From the NCBI RefSeq assembly GCF_964188315.1, contig NC_135663.1, positions 682,001 to 746,000 on the forward strand: 64,000 bases of DNA, read 5' to 3'. Shown piece after piece: positions 1 through 10,963 of the stretch (its first letter is position 1; each line of letters opens with the position of its first letter). This stretch comes from Podarcis muralis. Taxonomy: Eukaryota. The notes under the pieces are model-generated. The model made no database searches and was not told the origin of the DNA. It saw only the letters and a program-made list of their open reading frames with translations. Made by a program: the position numbers and the translations under genes.

Positions 1-601
1 AAGGGTCATTTTTGCATGGTAATATCACAAATTTAATGGTCTGTTTTAGCACTGTATGATTTTTCAGTATATTGGCCAAAATCGGTTCTGAAATCACACC
101 GCGATAACAATTTTGACCCGGTAATAAGCAGCAATATATTGCTCTGACTTCAAGGCACCGCTGACACGGCACAATGATCTCGGCCGATAACGCTCCTGAT
201 CTGAGCTGTCTTCCCTCCCTGAGCTGAGGGAGACCAGGGCATCTGATTGCCCTCACTTCAAGGCACCATGGCACCTCCTTTCCCCTGGCACTGAGGCGGA
301 GCAGCTTTTCTCAGCAGGAAAGCAGCAGCAGTCACAGTGGACGTGCATCTTCTCTAGCTGCTCCGCTGATGGTGACTTGATGTGCCCCCTATCCCCATCC
401 CCTTCCACTCAAACCATGCAGTGGGGGTGACTCTTCTCCTTCCTCCCCCCACCCCACCCCCACTTGCCTGATTTTTGTGATGGCTCCTTCCCTCATCCCC
501 ACGCCTGACCTCCAAATTCAGACATGGTGATATATTGGAATATCACAATGTTTAGCCACTGATACATCACAATGTTGACAACCAGATATCACGCAGCCCT
601 A
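1..601. mobile_element. One end of a hAT-like DNA transposon (rest upstream of window)
   Basis: Ends in gatatcacgcagcccta (reverse complement TAGGGCTGCGTGATATC, a hAT-type terminus); other end not visible. Confidence 0.4.
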
Positions 602-828
602 GTCTGTTTTTTAGTATATCTAAAATCCTTTGCTTATTGGGGCTACCTCACATTTTGTTCAAAAAATTGCTTTGCAGAGTTATCAACATTAGGGGGTTCA
701 TGGCTTGGCTTTTGAAAAATAGGGGGTCCTCAGTAATTAGCAAATTGTGAGCCGCTGCTTTACATAATTCACATGTTTATAAGCCGCACTTTCATCAGAA
801 TATATTGAGGCGCTATACAACGTACAGA

Positions 829-1194
829 GGGACGCAGGTGGCGCTGTGGGTAAAACCTCAGTGCCTAGGACTTGCCGATCGCATGGTCGGTGGTTCGAAT
901 CCCCGCGATGGGGTGAGCTCCCGTCTTTCGGTCCCAGCTCCTGCCCACCTAGCAGTTTGAAAGCACCCCTAAGTGCAAGTAGCTAAATAGGTACCACTTT
1001 ATAGCGGGAAGGTAAACAGTGTTTCCGTGTGCTGCGCTGGTGCTGGCTCGCCAGAGCAGCTTCGTCACGCTGGCCACGTGACCCGGAAGTGTCTCCAGAC
1101 AGCGCTGGCTCCTGGCCTCTTAAGTGAGATGGGCGCACAACCCTAGAGTCGGACACGACTGGCCCGTACGGGCAGGGGTACCTTTACCTTTACT
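829..1194 (+). mobile_element. Sauria SINE, full length
   Basis: tRNA-like head with B box (ggttcgaatccc), ACCTTT-type tail, 13-bp TSD tatacaacgtaca at 814-826 and 1195-1207. Confidence 0.9.
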
Positions 1195-2211
1195 TATACA
1201 ACGTACAAGAACGAAATCAGCAAGAAGCATCAGTATAACATCAGCCAAGACTTGGGTCTGGGCAGCTGGCGGCCCCTGAGCTAGGCTGTTCCAGGGCTCC
1301 CTTGCCCCCTGCCAGCTTCACCTGGGCTTTGAAAGGGTGCTGCCAGCTGCTTTTTGCCCGGGTGAGCCTGGCTGGGGCTTCTCATGGTAGCACAGCTGCT
1401 GTTGATTGCTTCCTTTCCATCTCGCCCTCCTATTAGTTTCTGGCAGGACACAGAAAAGCTTGAGCTCAAAGACACACTGCTGGCATCCTGGGTGAGCAGG
1501 CCTGGCCAAGAACTAGCAGCCATGTGCCTTTGAGAAGAGCACAGAGCTGGCTTGCCCTGCCTCTCGCTCTCCCTAACATAAGCCACCCCTGGGGTACTCA
1601 TCGCAGCAAGGAAGGGCCCGTTCCCCCTTTGGGAGAGAAGGGCAATGACCACCCCACTCTCCCTGGGACATGGGGAGGGGCTTTGTGCCGCCCTTGGTCT
1701 TGGGCCTTCAAGCACCAGCTTTTCCTAAGGCAGAATCAAGGAAAGTGCAGCAGCAACACACATCAGAACAAGAAAGCCCAAAGCTGCCGCTTTTCATGCT
1801 TATTCTTCCTACGATTAGTCTAGTGGCAGCTTCTGTCAGATCTGGGAAATGAATGGGGGGGGGAGGGGGGTCAACACCCTCTGCCCCCGGCCCAAGTGGC
1901 TGTTGCGGTCGAAATCTGAATCCCCATGACTGCTTTAAGGTACTCCTGCTACTATCAGTTTGTGAACGAGATCTGATCATGGAGTGACCCGAATCCCTGT
2001 GCCTTGGCCCGCAGGCCCTCTGAGCCTTGCACCCCAGAGGGAGAAGTCCTACCTTTTGGCTTCTCAGGAGAGGTGGGCTGTCCTTGGCCTCCAGAGGGTC
2101 TGGTGGAAGTGACCTCTGACTGGGAGAACCTTTCCTGGCCTGGCTTTGAGGGCCCCTTTCCATCTCTGGCAGGGATCCCTTCTTCCTCCACTGCCGCCGC
2201 CACTGCCGCTG

Positions 2212-3222
2212 CTATTGCATGTTTCTCAGGCCTCCTGACCTGCATGGGCTCTGTCCTCCCTCCCTCCCTCCCTCTCTCGCTTGTGCTCTTGCTGCTGCTG
2301 CTGCTGCTTCTTGCCGAACCGTCTCCTGGCTGCCAACACTTTGCATGAGGCCCCAGCTCTGCCTGTCCTCCCATCCTTCAGGGCGCACAGAGAGCAACGG
2401 ACGTCCAGCTGAGCGACTCTCCTTTCTCTTGGGCTCCTGGCGGCAGGTCTTGGCTTGCCTGGCTTGTTTGTGAGTCGGAAGGCAGTGCCGGGGGACTCCT
2501 CTTGTCCCAGGGGGGCTCCCCTTCCTCGTGATGATACGGCTCAGCAGCCTGGAAGAGAAGAGAAGACGGGGCTGCGTTGTGTCTTGTCCCTGAAGCCGCT
2601 TGCCCCTTGGCCCTGGGGGTGGGGGGCAGGTTCTTTCTCCAGCTGGCACCCCCCCCCCAAGTATATACGACATTTCAGCATGCTTAAATCTCTCTTGGCC
2701 CCCTTTTGGTCTCTTGAAAACAGAGCTGGGTTCAGAACAGCCGAAGGTGGCAGCAGGTAAATCTCCGTTGATGAGATTAGGGAGCTCTTTGCAGCACAGC
2801 TCTGCCTTGCTAATCGGGTTACTGGCTCCCTCTGGCTGTGCTTTTTTAGTGACAGATGGTCCCCGTGGTCCCAGAGGGAGAGCCCCCAGAGAGCCCCCCC
2901 CTGCCTGCCCCAACCTATTAACCCTCCCCTCCCCCAGCTCTACCATCTGTCTCCCCGCCCGGAAGGAGCCTCTCTGCTCCTGGTGTCTGCCTTCTAGGCA
3001 TGGTGGCCTCTCCCTGGTGACAGGGAGCACCAGGGCAGGCTGCCTAGTGGCTAGCGCAGCAGGGCCCTCTCCAGCCCTCTGCTCGGCAGGTGAGGCTGAA
3101 GGACCAAGGGCGGGGCCTGGGCAGTGAAGGACCTGCGAAAGGACTGCTGAGCGAATGCTAGAAAGAGCATCTGGACGGCCTCGTGGGCCTTCTAGCAGCA
3201 ACCTTACATCACTTCTCTCCTC
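2212..3222 (-). CDS. Candidate terminal exon of an unannotated antisense gene nested in DCTN1 intron 5 (336 aa + TAG)
   Basis: Part of a 390-codon stop-free frame; phase-0 acceptor cccactcctccccag|GAG GAG AGA at 3223/3222; no homolog recognised. Confidence 0.4.
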   Translation of the reverse strand, partial: EERSDVRLLLEGPRGRPDALSSIRSAVLSQVLHCPGPALGPSASPAEQRAGEGPAALATRQPALVLPVTRERPPCLEGRHQEQRGSFRAGRQMVELGEGRVNRLGQAGGGSLGALPLGPRGPSVTKKAQPEGASNPISKAELCCKELPNLINGDLPAATFGCSEPSSVFKRPKGGQERFKHAEMSYILGGGVPAGERTCPPPPGPRGKRLQGQDTTQPRLLFSSRLLSRIITRKGSPPGTRGVPRHCLPTHKQARQAKTCRQEPKRKESRSAGRPLLSVRPEGWEDRQSWGLMQSVGSQETVRQEAAAAAARAQAREGGREGGQSPCRSGGLRNMQ

Positions 3223-3794
3223 CTGGGGAGGAGTGGGTCTCTGACCCCAGTGGCATTCTCTGGTTCTGTTCCCAAAATGCATCCAGTGCTCCCCCTTCCC
3301 ACTGGGGGGCAGACAGGAAGCGCCAAACTGGACTGGGGGAAACTCCTGCTTAGGTAGATGGTGGTCAGTGAATGATGGGTGCAAGGTGGTGGAGTTGCAG
3401 GAGGCCAGTTATGCACCCAAAAGCTTTTCCACCACCCTCATCCCCCGTTGGGGTATCTCTGAAATGCACTCTGGCATCCAGGCGATCCCCTTGCTCCCCC
3501 CACCCTCTCCCAGACTGGCAGTGGGCGGTGAGCTCTCTGTGGTAGCTGTCCTAGGTAGGAGAGCCTGTTCCCTGGGACGCAGGGATGCTTGTCTAGGACC
3601 CGGAGGGTGCTATTTTTGGAAGCCAGAAGGGGCTGTGTTGGGTCTTCAGAATGGAGCCCTGGTGCCTTACGTACCTCTTTGCTCTCACCTGAGATCAGCA
3701 GGGGCGGGGATGGAATTATAAAAAATAAAACAGGCAACTCTACACAGGTTGTAAGATTGAGTTGGGCCAGATGTGCAGAATGCATATAGCCCTT

Positions 3795-3990
3795 TTGGTG
3801 TCGGGATCCTGACTCACTGAGCAATGGGCCATTCTCTGCACACAGAAGGTCCTTGGCTCAGTGCCCAGCACCTCCCAGTTAGAAGTATCAGGAGGCAGGG
3901 AAGAAAACGTTTTTTGCAAGAGACCCTGGAGAGCTGTTTCTGCCCTGTGCTGGACGGACACACGTAGCCTGGCTTGGTGTTCAGGCAGCC
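3795..3990 (+). mobile_element. Squam2-like tRNA-derived SINE, degraded
   Basis: Shares motifs (gagaccctggagagc, aggcagcc tail) with copies at 4895, 12865 and 32326; boundaries approximate. Confidence 0.45.
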
Positions 3991-4894
3991 TTCTGTGAGC
4001 TTCTCTTCTGCCTGGCGCTTTGTTTCCTTAGTTTGCTGGTACAGACTGTTTCCCTCTTTGTCCCAGCTGCCCCCCCCCCCCCCGTTGGCTGCTGAAAGCG
4101 AAGGGCCTTGTCTCCATGCAGCCAGCAGCGGCCTCTCTGGGGTGCTCTCCTGTTGTTCCAGCGCCCTGCCTGGGCCTTTGGGACTTGGTGTCATCTTGCA
4201 GAGCTCTGCTCTTCTGAGCTCCTTTTATCAGGTCAGCACTGATTGCAGCTTCCCGGCGCCTTAATGGCTGCTCTGCCAGGGCGTCCTCATTGGGAGCTCA
4301 CTTTTGAGTCAGAGATCTTGCTTGTCAAGGGAGCTGCTTTGCCCGGGAGAGGAAAGACAGGGGCTTGTACCCAGCAGAGTCTCATTTGTGCAAGGACTTT
4401 TCTCTGAGCAACAGAACTTCTCCTCCTCCCTCTCCTTGTCTCCTTCCCATGCACAGGGAGACAAGGAGAAAGGAAAGTTCCTTTGTGTAAGTGGAAGAAG
4501 TCCTGTGAACAGAGCAGCTTCGTCGAATACAATGTGGTCTTTCTGTTAGCGTTGTGCTTGCAGCATTGTGATACCTGGCCTGGAGTAGATTCCAGGTGAA
4601 ACATGCTGCCAGCTTAAAAGGCTTCAGTGAAGTGGTGCTCCTGGCATAGGCTTTGAGCTTCAGCAGAAGTCCCACATGGGCGTGGCGCCATGGTAGCCTT
4701 TCCCAATCCCCTGGGAGATGCTGAGCATTCTCCTGGCTCCAGGTCACCAAGCCCAGCTCTCTGCAGAGTGTGGGGATCCTGTGGCCTGGCCCCTTTCCCC
4801 AGCCAGCTGCCTTGGCAGTAAAGGCAGCCCACAACTCTGCCTTGTCTGCGCCCGCTTGGAAGCTTCCCCGCCACAACTTGTTTCCACAAAAGAG

Positions 4895-5090
4895 ACAGGA
4901 TCCCAGGAAGCTGCTCTTTACCAAGTCAGACCATTGCTCCATCCTCAGTACTGTCCACACTGACTGGCAGTGGCCCTGCAGGATTTCTCCAGGCTGTAGC
5001 CTCTCTCAGCCCTACCAGGAAACGCTGGGGATTGAACCTAGGACATTCTGCACACCAAGCAGTTGCTCCAGTACTGAGCTGCAGCCCTTC
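4895..5090 (-). mobile_element. Squam2-like SINE
   Basis: Reverse B box ggggattgaacc; body motif ctgactggcagtggc; boundaries approximate. Confidence 0.5.
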
Positions 5091-5714
5091 CGATCCTCCC
5101 AAAGTTCGGTCTTTGGGGCAGCTGATCTTCAGGCAGTAGTTGAGATGAGGAGGCATTTTCAACGAAGTGCTCCTGCCAGCTTGCCACAAATACTCCCCAG
5201 CCCCTTGTGCCAGTTGCCGCTGTCCTCTCCCCAAGGAGAGGGGCTGAGCTGTCTATGGTTCTTAACGGTGAAAACTCCCTGTGGGTGACCAGCATCATGG
5301 CTTGGCTCTGCTTTCTCTGGGAGGATGAGAAACAGCTTCTCTAGCCCAGTGTTTCCCAACCTTTTTTGGGCAAAGGCACACTTGTTTCATGAAAAAAATC
5401 TCGAGGCACACCACCATTAGAAAATGTTAAAAAATTTAACTCTGTGCCTATATTGACTACCGTATTTTTCGCCCCATAGGACGCACCGCCCCATAAGACG
5501 CACCTAATTTTTTGGGGGGAGAATAAAGAAAAAAAAAATTTTCCCCTCCCCAGGCACGGGGCAGGCGCGGGGGAAGCCCAAGCTTCCCCCGACCCCAGCC
5601 CCCAGAACAGCCTGATATCCGCAAGCCTAGGGAGCCACACTGGTCTCCCCAGGCTTGCGGAGAGGTGCGTGAAGCCCGGGGGCGCTCTTCAGCGCGCACC
5701 AGGCTTCGGGATGC

Positions 5715-6100
5715 AGGCAGCTCTGCGCTACCCTCCAGAGCCCCGTGCGGCTTCGCGCTGGGATCCGGGGGGTGGCGCGGAGCTGCAAGAAGCCCTGGAG
5801 CGCAGGCAGCTTCGCACCACCCTCCGGAGCCCCGCGCGGCTTCGCGCCAGGATCCAGAGGGTGGTGCAGAGCTGCAGGAAGCCCTGGAGCGCAGGCAGCT
5901 CCGCACCACCCTCCGCAGCCCCGCGCGGCTTCGCGCCGGGATCCGGGGGGTGGCGCGGAGCTGCAAGAAGCCCTGGAGCGCAGGCAGCTCCGTGCCACCC
6001 TCCGCAGCCCCGCGCGGCTTCGAGCCGGGATCCGGGGGTGGCGCGGAGCTGCAAGAAGCCCTGGAGCGCGGGCAGCTCCATGCCACCCTCCGCAGCCTCC
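5715..6100. repeat. GC-rich 89-bp tandem array (about 4.5 copies) inside the hAT element
   Basis: ggatcc recurs at 5761, 5850, 5939 and 6028. Confidence 0.9.
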
Positions 6101-6610
6101 TACGGAGGGCGCCCCGTGCTCCGCGCTGCTGGCTGCCGCCCGCAAGCCGTGCACGGGGGGGGGGGAGTTCCCCTGGGCACGCAAGGCTTGCGGACAGCTG
6201 CGCGAAGAACGGGGCGTCCTCCGAAGGACGCTCCGCGCTGCAGGCTGCCGCCGCAAGCCTTGCGCGCCGGGGGGGGGAGTTCCCCCAGGCGCCCAAGGCT
6301 TGCGGACAGCTGCGCGAAGCACGGGGCGTCCTCCAAAGGGCGCCCCGCGCTCCGCGCTGCAGGCTGCCGCCCGCAAGCCTTGCGCGCCGGGGGGGGGGGT
6401 TCCCCCAGGCGCCCAAGGCTTGCGGACAGCTGCGCGAAGCACGGGGCGTCCTCCAAAGGGCGCCCCGCGCTCCGCGCTGCAGGCTGCCGCCCGCAAGCCT
6501 TGCGCGCCGGGGGGGGAGTTCCCCCAGGCGCCCAAGGCTTGCGGACAGCTGCACGAAGCACGGGGCGTCCTCCAAAGGGCGCCCCGCGCTCCGCGCTGCA
6601 GGTTGCCGCC
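6100..6610. repeat. GC-rich ~120-bp tandem array (about 4 copies) inside the hAT element
   Basis: cccccaggcgcccaaggcttgcggacagctg recurs near 6282, 6402 and 6521, with a variant near 6170. Confidence 0.9.
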
Positions 6611-6651
6611 CCCCCGCCCCGCTTCGGAGCACCGGACCCCCGCCCCGCTGC

Positions 6652-6780
6652 CCCCGGACCTCTTTTGAAGCAAGGGGCTGCGGGGAGATCGCTTCTCCCC
6701 GCAAACCCTTGCTTCAAAAGAGGTCCGGGGGCAGCGCGAAGCGCTTCCCGCAGTCCCCGGACCTCTTTTGAAGCAAGGGG
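6652..6780. repeat. Three alternating-orientation copies of a 25-26 bp motif
   Basis: ccccggacctcttttgaagcaagggg at 6652 and 6755; reverse complement at 6706-6730. Confidence 0.85.
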
Positions 6781-8001
6781 CGGTGGGGAGAAGCGATCTC
6801 GGGCGCCGCGGCGCGCAGGCGCACTGCTCGCTCCTCTTTCTGCGCAGGCGCCTTCTCTCGCTCTTTCGCCTCCTTTTCTTTCTCTCTCGATGGTCCGCCT
6901 ACAAAGGAGCGAGGGAGGCGCCCGCCGTGTTTGGATTTGCATCCAGCAGGAGATGCCGCCGCCGCCCCGCCTCTCCCGCCTCCCTCCCACGGCACACCAG
7001 GCAAGGTCTCACGGCACACTGGTGTGCCACGGAACACCGGTTGGGAAACACTGCTCTAGCCACCTTGCCCAAACCCCTCTGGGCTGATCACAAGGGCAAG
7101 CCATGAGCCAGTGTGCAGATCTCCTACTGCAACAAATGGGCATTCTTCTTCTTCGAGGATAGATCCTAAATGTCATTTCTTCCCAATGTTTGCTCTTTTT
7201 GCATTGTTTGGACTTATTGACCACATTGTCATATTTCACCTTTGGGGCAAGTGCTCACAACCTTCTGCTGCCGTTCTCATTCAGTCCAGTCGCTGTGATT
7301 GTGGAGGATCGGTTGGTCCCGAAGCTGAGCTTGTTTTGGGAAGACGACATGGACACTTTGCAAGCCAAGTGGCAAATAAGAAAGAGCTTGGTGTCTTTAT
7401 TCATAGCTGCCGAAAAGCCTCTTAAAGTTTTGTGAAGGATTTTTATTCATGGTAGCAAAATTAAAGATTCTGAATTTTCTTCCCATTTTATGCAAAAGGC
7501 CAGTTTGAGAAAGTATGAGAGAGAGAGAACCAAGGGAAATCCCTGAAACCAAAAGAGGGTCTTCCTCACCTGTATAGTGTGGTGACAGTGCCACTGAAAA
7601 AGTTCACTTCTGCCCAATTTTTTGGGCTTCTGCTCATTTTTGCTGCTTTCCCCCCCTTTAATCCCATAGTTGATCTGGAAAGCATCAGTCCCTTTCGCGC
7701 ATCCCAAAGTCCAGATGGGGAACCTCCAGCCCAGTGTCAGGCAGAAAGGTGGCTAAGTCTGGAAGGAAGTGCCGACGACTCTGGGCCTCCTGAGAACCTG
7801 CAGCCTGCTTGATGTAGTGACAGGAGGTTCAGAGGTTCAGAGCGCAGGCATCCCTGTGGACAAGCTTCTTGGGCACTAGTGAGATGGAGAACAAATGGAG
7901 CAGGCGGAAAGGAAGGCGGGGGCTGCGCTCCTCTCTCTGGCCTGCCCTGGAGATGCTTCCAGAAGAGCAACCAAGAGGAACATACCCAAAACACTAGAAG
8001 G

Positions 8002-8395
8002 AATAATAATAATAATTAATAATAATTTATTATTTATACCCACCCATCTGGCTGAGTTTCCCCAGCCACTCTGGGCGGCTTCCAATCGAGTGTTAAAACA
8101 ATACAGCATTGAATATTAAAAACTTCCCTAAACAGGGCTGCCTTCAGATGTCTTTTAAAGATAGGATAGCTGCTTATTTCCTTCACATCTGATGGGAGGG
8201 TGTTCCACAGGGCGGGCACCACTACTGAGAAGGCCCTCTGCCTGGTTCCCTGTTACCTCACTTCTCGCAGGGAGGGAACCGCCAGAAGGCCCTCGGAGCT
8301 GGACCTCAGTGTCTGGGCAGAACGATGGGGGTGGAGACGCTCCTTCAGGTATACTGGGCAAAGGCCGTTTAGGGCTTTCAAGGTCAGCACCTTTA
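8002..8395 (-). mobile_element. L2 LINE 3' fragment with (TAA)n tail
   Basis: Encodes AFSVVVPALWNTLP-type L2 ORF2 C-terminus; same family as 17833, 58205, 61494 and 62588. Confidence 0.8.
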
Positions 8396-8899
8396 AAGTT
8401 TGCATTATAGCCCGTTATGACATGAGCAGCATCAAGTAACACAGGCCTCTGCCTGTGGTGAAGTGTCTGAGTGACAGCTGTCATTTAGTTTGGTTCATAA
8501 TAATTCTCAGCATGAGATCATCTACTCTGTGATGCTCAGGTTGGTACAATTGCTGAAATCAGGGCTAGGGGGCTTCCTTGGCACCCGATATTTCATACAT
8601 ATTCCACAGTCCTCCAGAGGCATCTGTGCTGCGTCCGTCTTCTCCTGTGTCCTGGAGACCCTGGTGGTCAACTTGCCCATGGCATGGGACCTTCCCCACA
8701 AGCAGACAGGACTCCTCCATGGGTCCAGCTTCAAGTCACGTCGTGTCTTCCTAAAGCCATCCCTTCTTAACGTTGGATTTTGTGCTCCTGTGCTGCATGT
8801 GTGTGTTGCCTCTTTGTTTTTCTGCCTGCGATGGTGAGCAAAGGACTTGGCTTGACTGATGGATCCTTTGATGACGGCGGGGTGGCGGGTGCAGTTGTG

Positions 8900-9595
8900 C
8901 CCAAGTCCTGGCAAATGAGATCCTGTCCTCCGCGAGATCCCTGAAGCGAGTTGTGGAACGGAGGAGGAGGGAGCTCCCGGAGACTAAGACCAGCCCCTTT
9001 GCTTTCCCCGGGAGAAGGGAGAGGGAGGGAAGCACCAAGAAGCCTTTTAATTAGCCGGGGAGACAGCTGAGCCGAAGGCGTTGCTAAGTGACAAGGAGCC
9101 CCTCGCCTGTCCCCGAGAGGCGCATCCCTTTCTCTTCCCTCCTCTTCTCACTTTGCCGAAGAAAAGGCTCCGTCTCCGGTTCTGCAGTCGCAGCAGCGGC
9201 GCGTCTGGATCAGAGATCTGCCTGCGAGGAACTCGGGGGAGGGAGGGGATGATCCAGGAGTGGTGATGTAATGAGCAGCCGGGGCGGTGGTTGGAGGCCA
9301 GTGGCGAAAGGATGTGCGGCCCACGGTGCTGGCTGCTGGGGTGCTCCTGGGCTCCCGAGCCCCTGTAATTGCCCCGAGGTCTGAGAGGAGCCGCCGGGGC
9401 CGGACTGCCGGGCTGGAGGACAGCGGAGGGAAGACGACGGAGCTGCAGCCATTTGCAAGATCTCCTGGACAGGCTGTGCTGCTTGGGAGTGCTGCATTGT
9501 TGTGATTGAATGGTCTAATATTCTGCCTGCCTCTTTCTCTCTCCCTCTGTCTCTGCCTTCCTCTTTTCTGTCTCTGCCTCTTATCTCCTGCAACC
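8900..9595 (+). promoter_or_regulatory. Probable internal promoter / 5'UTR of the DCTN1 p135-type isoform
   Basis: Local CpG enrichment; X-box-like GTTGCTAAGTGAC at 9080-9092; ends at in-frame ATG 9596. Confidence 0.5.
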
Positions 9596-9622
9596 ATGAA
9601 GCAGGCCGCAACTGCACGGAAG
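9596..9622 (+). CDS. DCTN1: DCTN1 exon 6 microexon (9605-9622, AATARK) with p135-type start ATG at 9596 (MKQAATARK)
   Basis: cag|GCC...AAG|gtacag; matches human APTARK exon and p135 N-terminus MMRQAPTARK; Kozak accATG. Confidence 0.85.
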
Positions 9623-9904
9623 GTACAGTCTAATGCAAATGTTGCTGCTGCTGCTGCTGCTGCTTCTAAACCATTTTGTTTGCTGAAACGATTTTTTTTT
9701 GGGGGGGGGTTGTCATTTTGAGTTTGTCTCCTTCATGCGGGCCATGGGGAGGAGGAGTGTGGAGCTGCTGGAAGGGGGTTGGAGACGGCACATGTGTGGA
9801 TCTAAGGCGCGATGTGCTTGCATTTCATTCCCCATCTTCCTGAGTTTGAGTTCCCCTCCCTCTTCATCTCCTTGGTGTTGCATGCAGCATATATATTTTT
9901 TTAC

Positions 9905-10447
9905 CTCCAAGCAGCCTGGAGGGCCAGTGTTGCTGCTGCTGCCGCTGCTGCCGCTGCCCGGGGACCGGGGCCGGGGAAGAGGGGGTTGCCTGCTCTGGGA
10001 AAGTTGCCCGTGAACTGCTCTCTCTTGTCTTCTTCTCCGCCGGATCAGCCATTTTCCTCGGCTTCTCACACTTCTGGCTAATTTGACAGTCTTCACTGTC
10101 AGGAGCTTGCCCTCCTCCTTCTCTGAGGGGCATTTTGCTCTTCGGGCTGCACAGTCCGTCCCCTCCGCTTTGCCCATGCCATCGCTGGGGTCTTCTGCAT
10201 GCAAGGCTAAGCGTGTGAGCAGTTGAGAGGCAAATGTGCAAGTTTCCTGCCGCAGCAGGGATGCTGCGCAGCCTGGCTTACGTGACGGGAAATGTGCCCA
10301 GTGCCCGATTCTGGGCCATTGGGCTGGCCAGACTGGGGTGAGGTGCTGCTGCCTGTTGGCTATTTTGAGAGGTGCCTTTAAAATCCAGCAGAAGGGGAGC
10401 CTTGGCGGAGGCCAGCTCTTGAGGTCCTGCTCGCTGCCCCCGGTCAT
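9905..10447 (-). CDS. Candidate first coding exon of the antisense nested gene (181 aa from ATG 10447)
   Basis: Frame open 10540 to 9713; phase-0 donor TTG GAG|gtaaaa at 9905/9904; joins 3222 in frame. Confidence 0.35.
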
Positions 10448-10963
10448 GCCAGGGATTCTTCTGGCGCCCACATTGCCTGGCTGTTCAGGCCCTGGGGCAC
10501 TGATGCCGCTGCTTTGATGCCCTTGCTCCTGCCCTTGCCCCTATTTTGGCTAGTTTTGGTTTTCATCCATCTTGTGCTACGCTGCTGAGAGATGTTATTT
10601 ATTTAAGGCGGTATAGAAATAGATCCCAATAAATTAATGCCCCCCTGGCATTTGCGGGGGCCTCTTTAATCCTCCCCGTCCTGCTTTGGAATAAGGAGGC
10701 TTTGCACGGCTGCAGTGACGGGATTTGTTTCCTGGCAAATGCCCTTTTGGGGTGTGATGACCTCGCCTTGCATGCCTCAGGCTCCCTCGGCTTCTTCTCG
10801 TGGTTATTGAACTAGGCAGGAGGCTTGGTGGACAGCGGTCACTGTAGGGGAAAGCATGCAGCTCAGCTGTTGGAAAGCCGCAGAAAGTTGATTCCAGCAG
10901 GTTTGTCCCCAGTTGCGGACTTGAGGCTGGTCCTGGAGCCATGGTAGGCCATAATATTGCAAG

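Larger units (their letters stand above)
5347..7053. mobile_element. Non-autonomous hAT (Charlie-type) element, 1707 bp
   Basis: Perfect 15-bp TIR cagtgtttcccaacc / ggttgggaaacactg; perfect 8-bp TSD ctctagcc (5339-5346, 7054-7061) with central TA. Confidence 0.92.

Noticed and set aside
829-910. tRNA gene (also at 13430-13515, 24755 and 39110-39190)
   Set aside because: A/B boxes are SINE heads continuing into SINE bodies; no complete cloverleaf
2724-2756. Possible 33-nt DCTN1 cassette exon (aacag|...|gtaaat)
   Set aside because: No similarity to DCTN1 exons 4-5, weak pyrimidine tract; good splice dinucleotides alone are insufficient
5715-6780. CRISPR-like appearance of regular palindromic repeats
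   Set aside because: No unique spacers, eukaryotic intron, bounded by hAT TIRs
5457-7087. Eight 117-472 aa ORFs across both strands
   Set aside because: Produced by stop-free GC-rich tandem arrays; peptides are periodic with no transposase motifs
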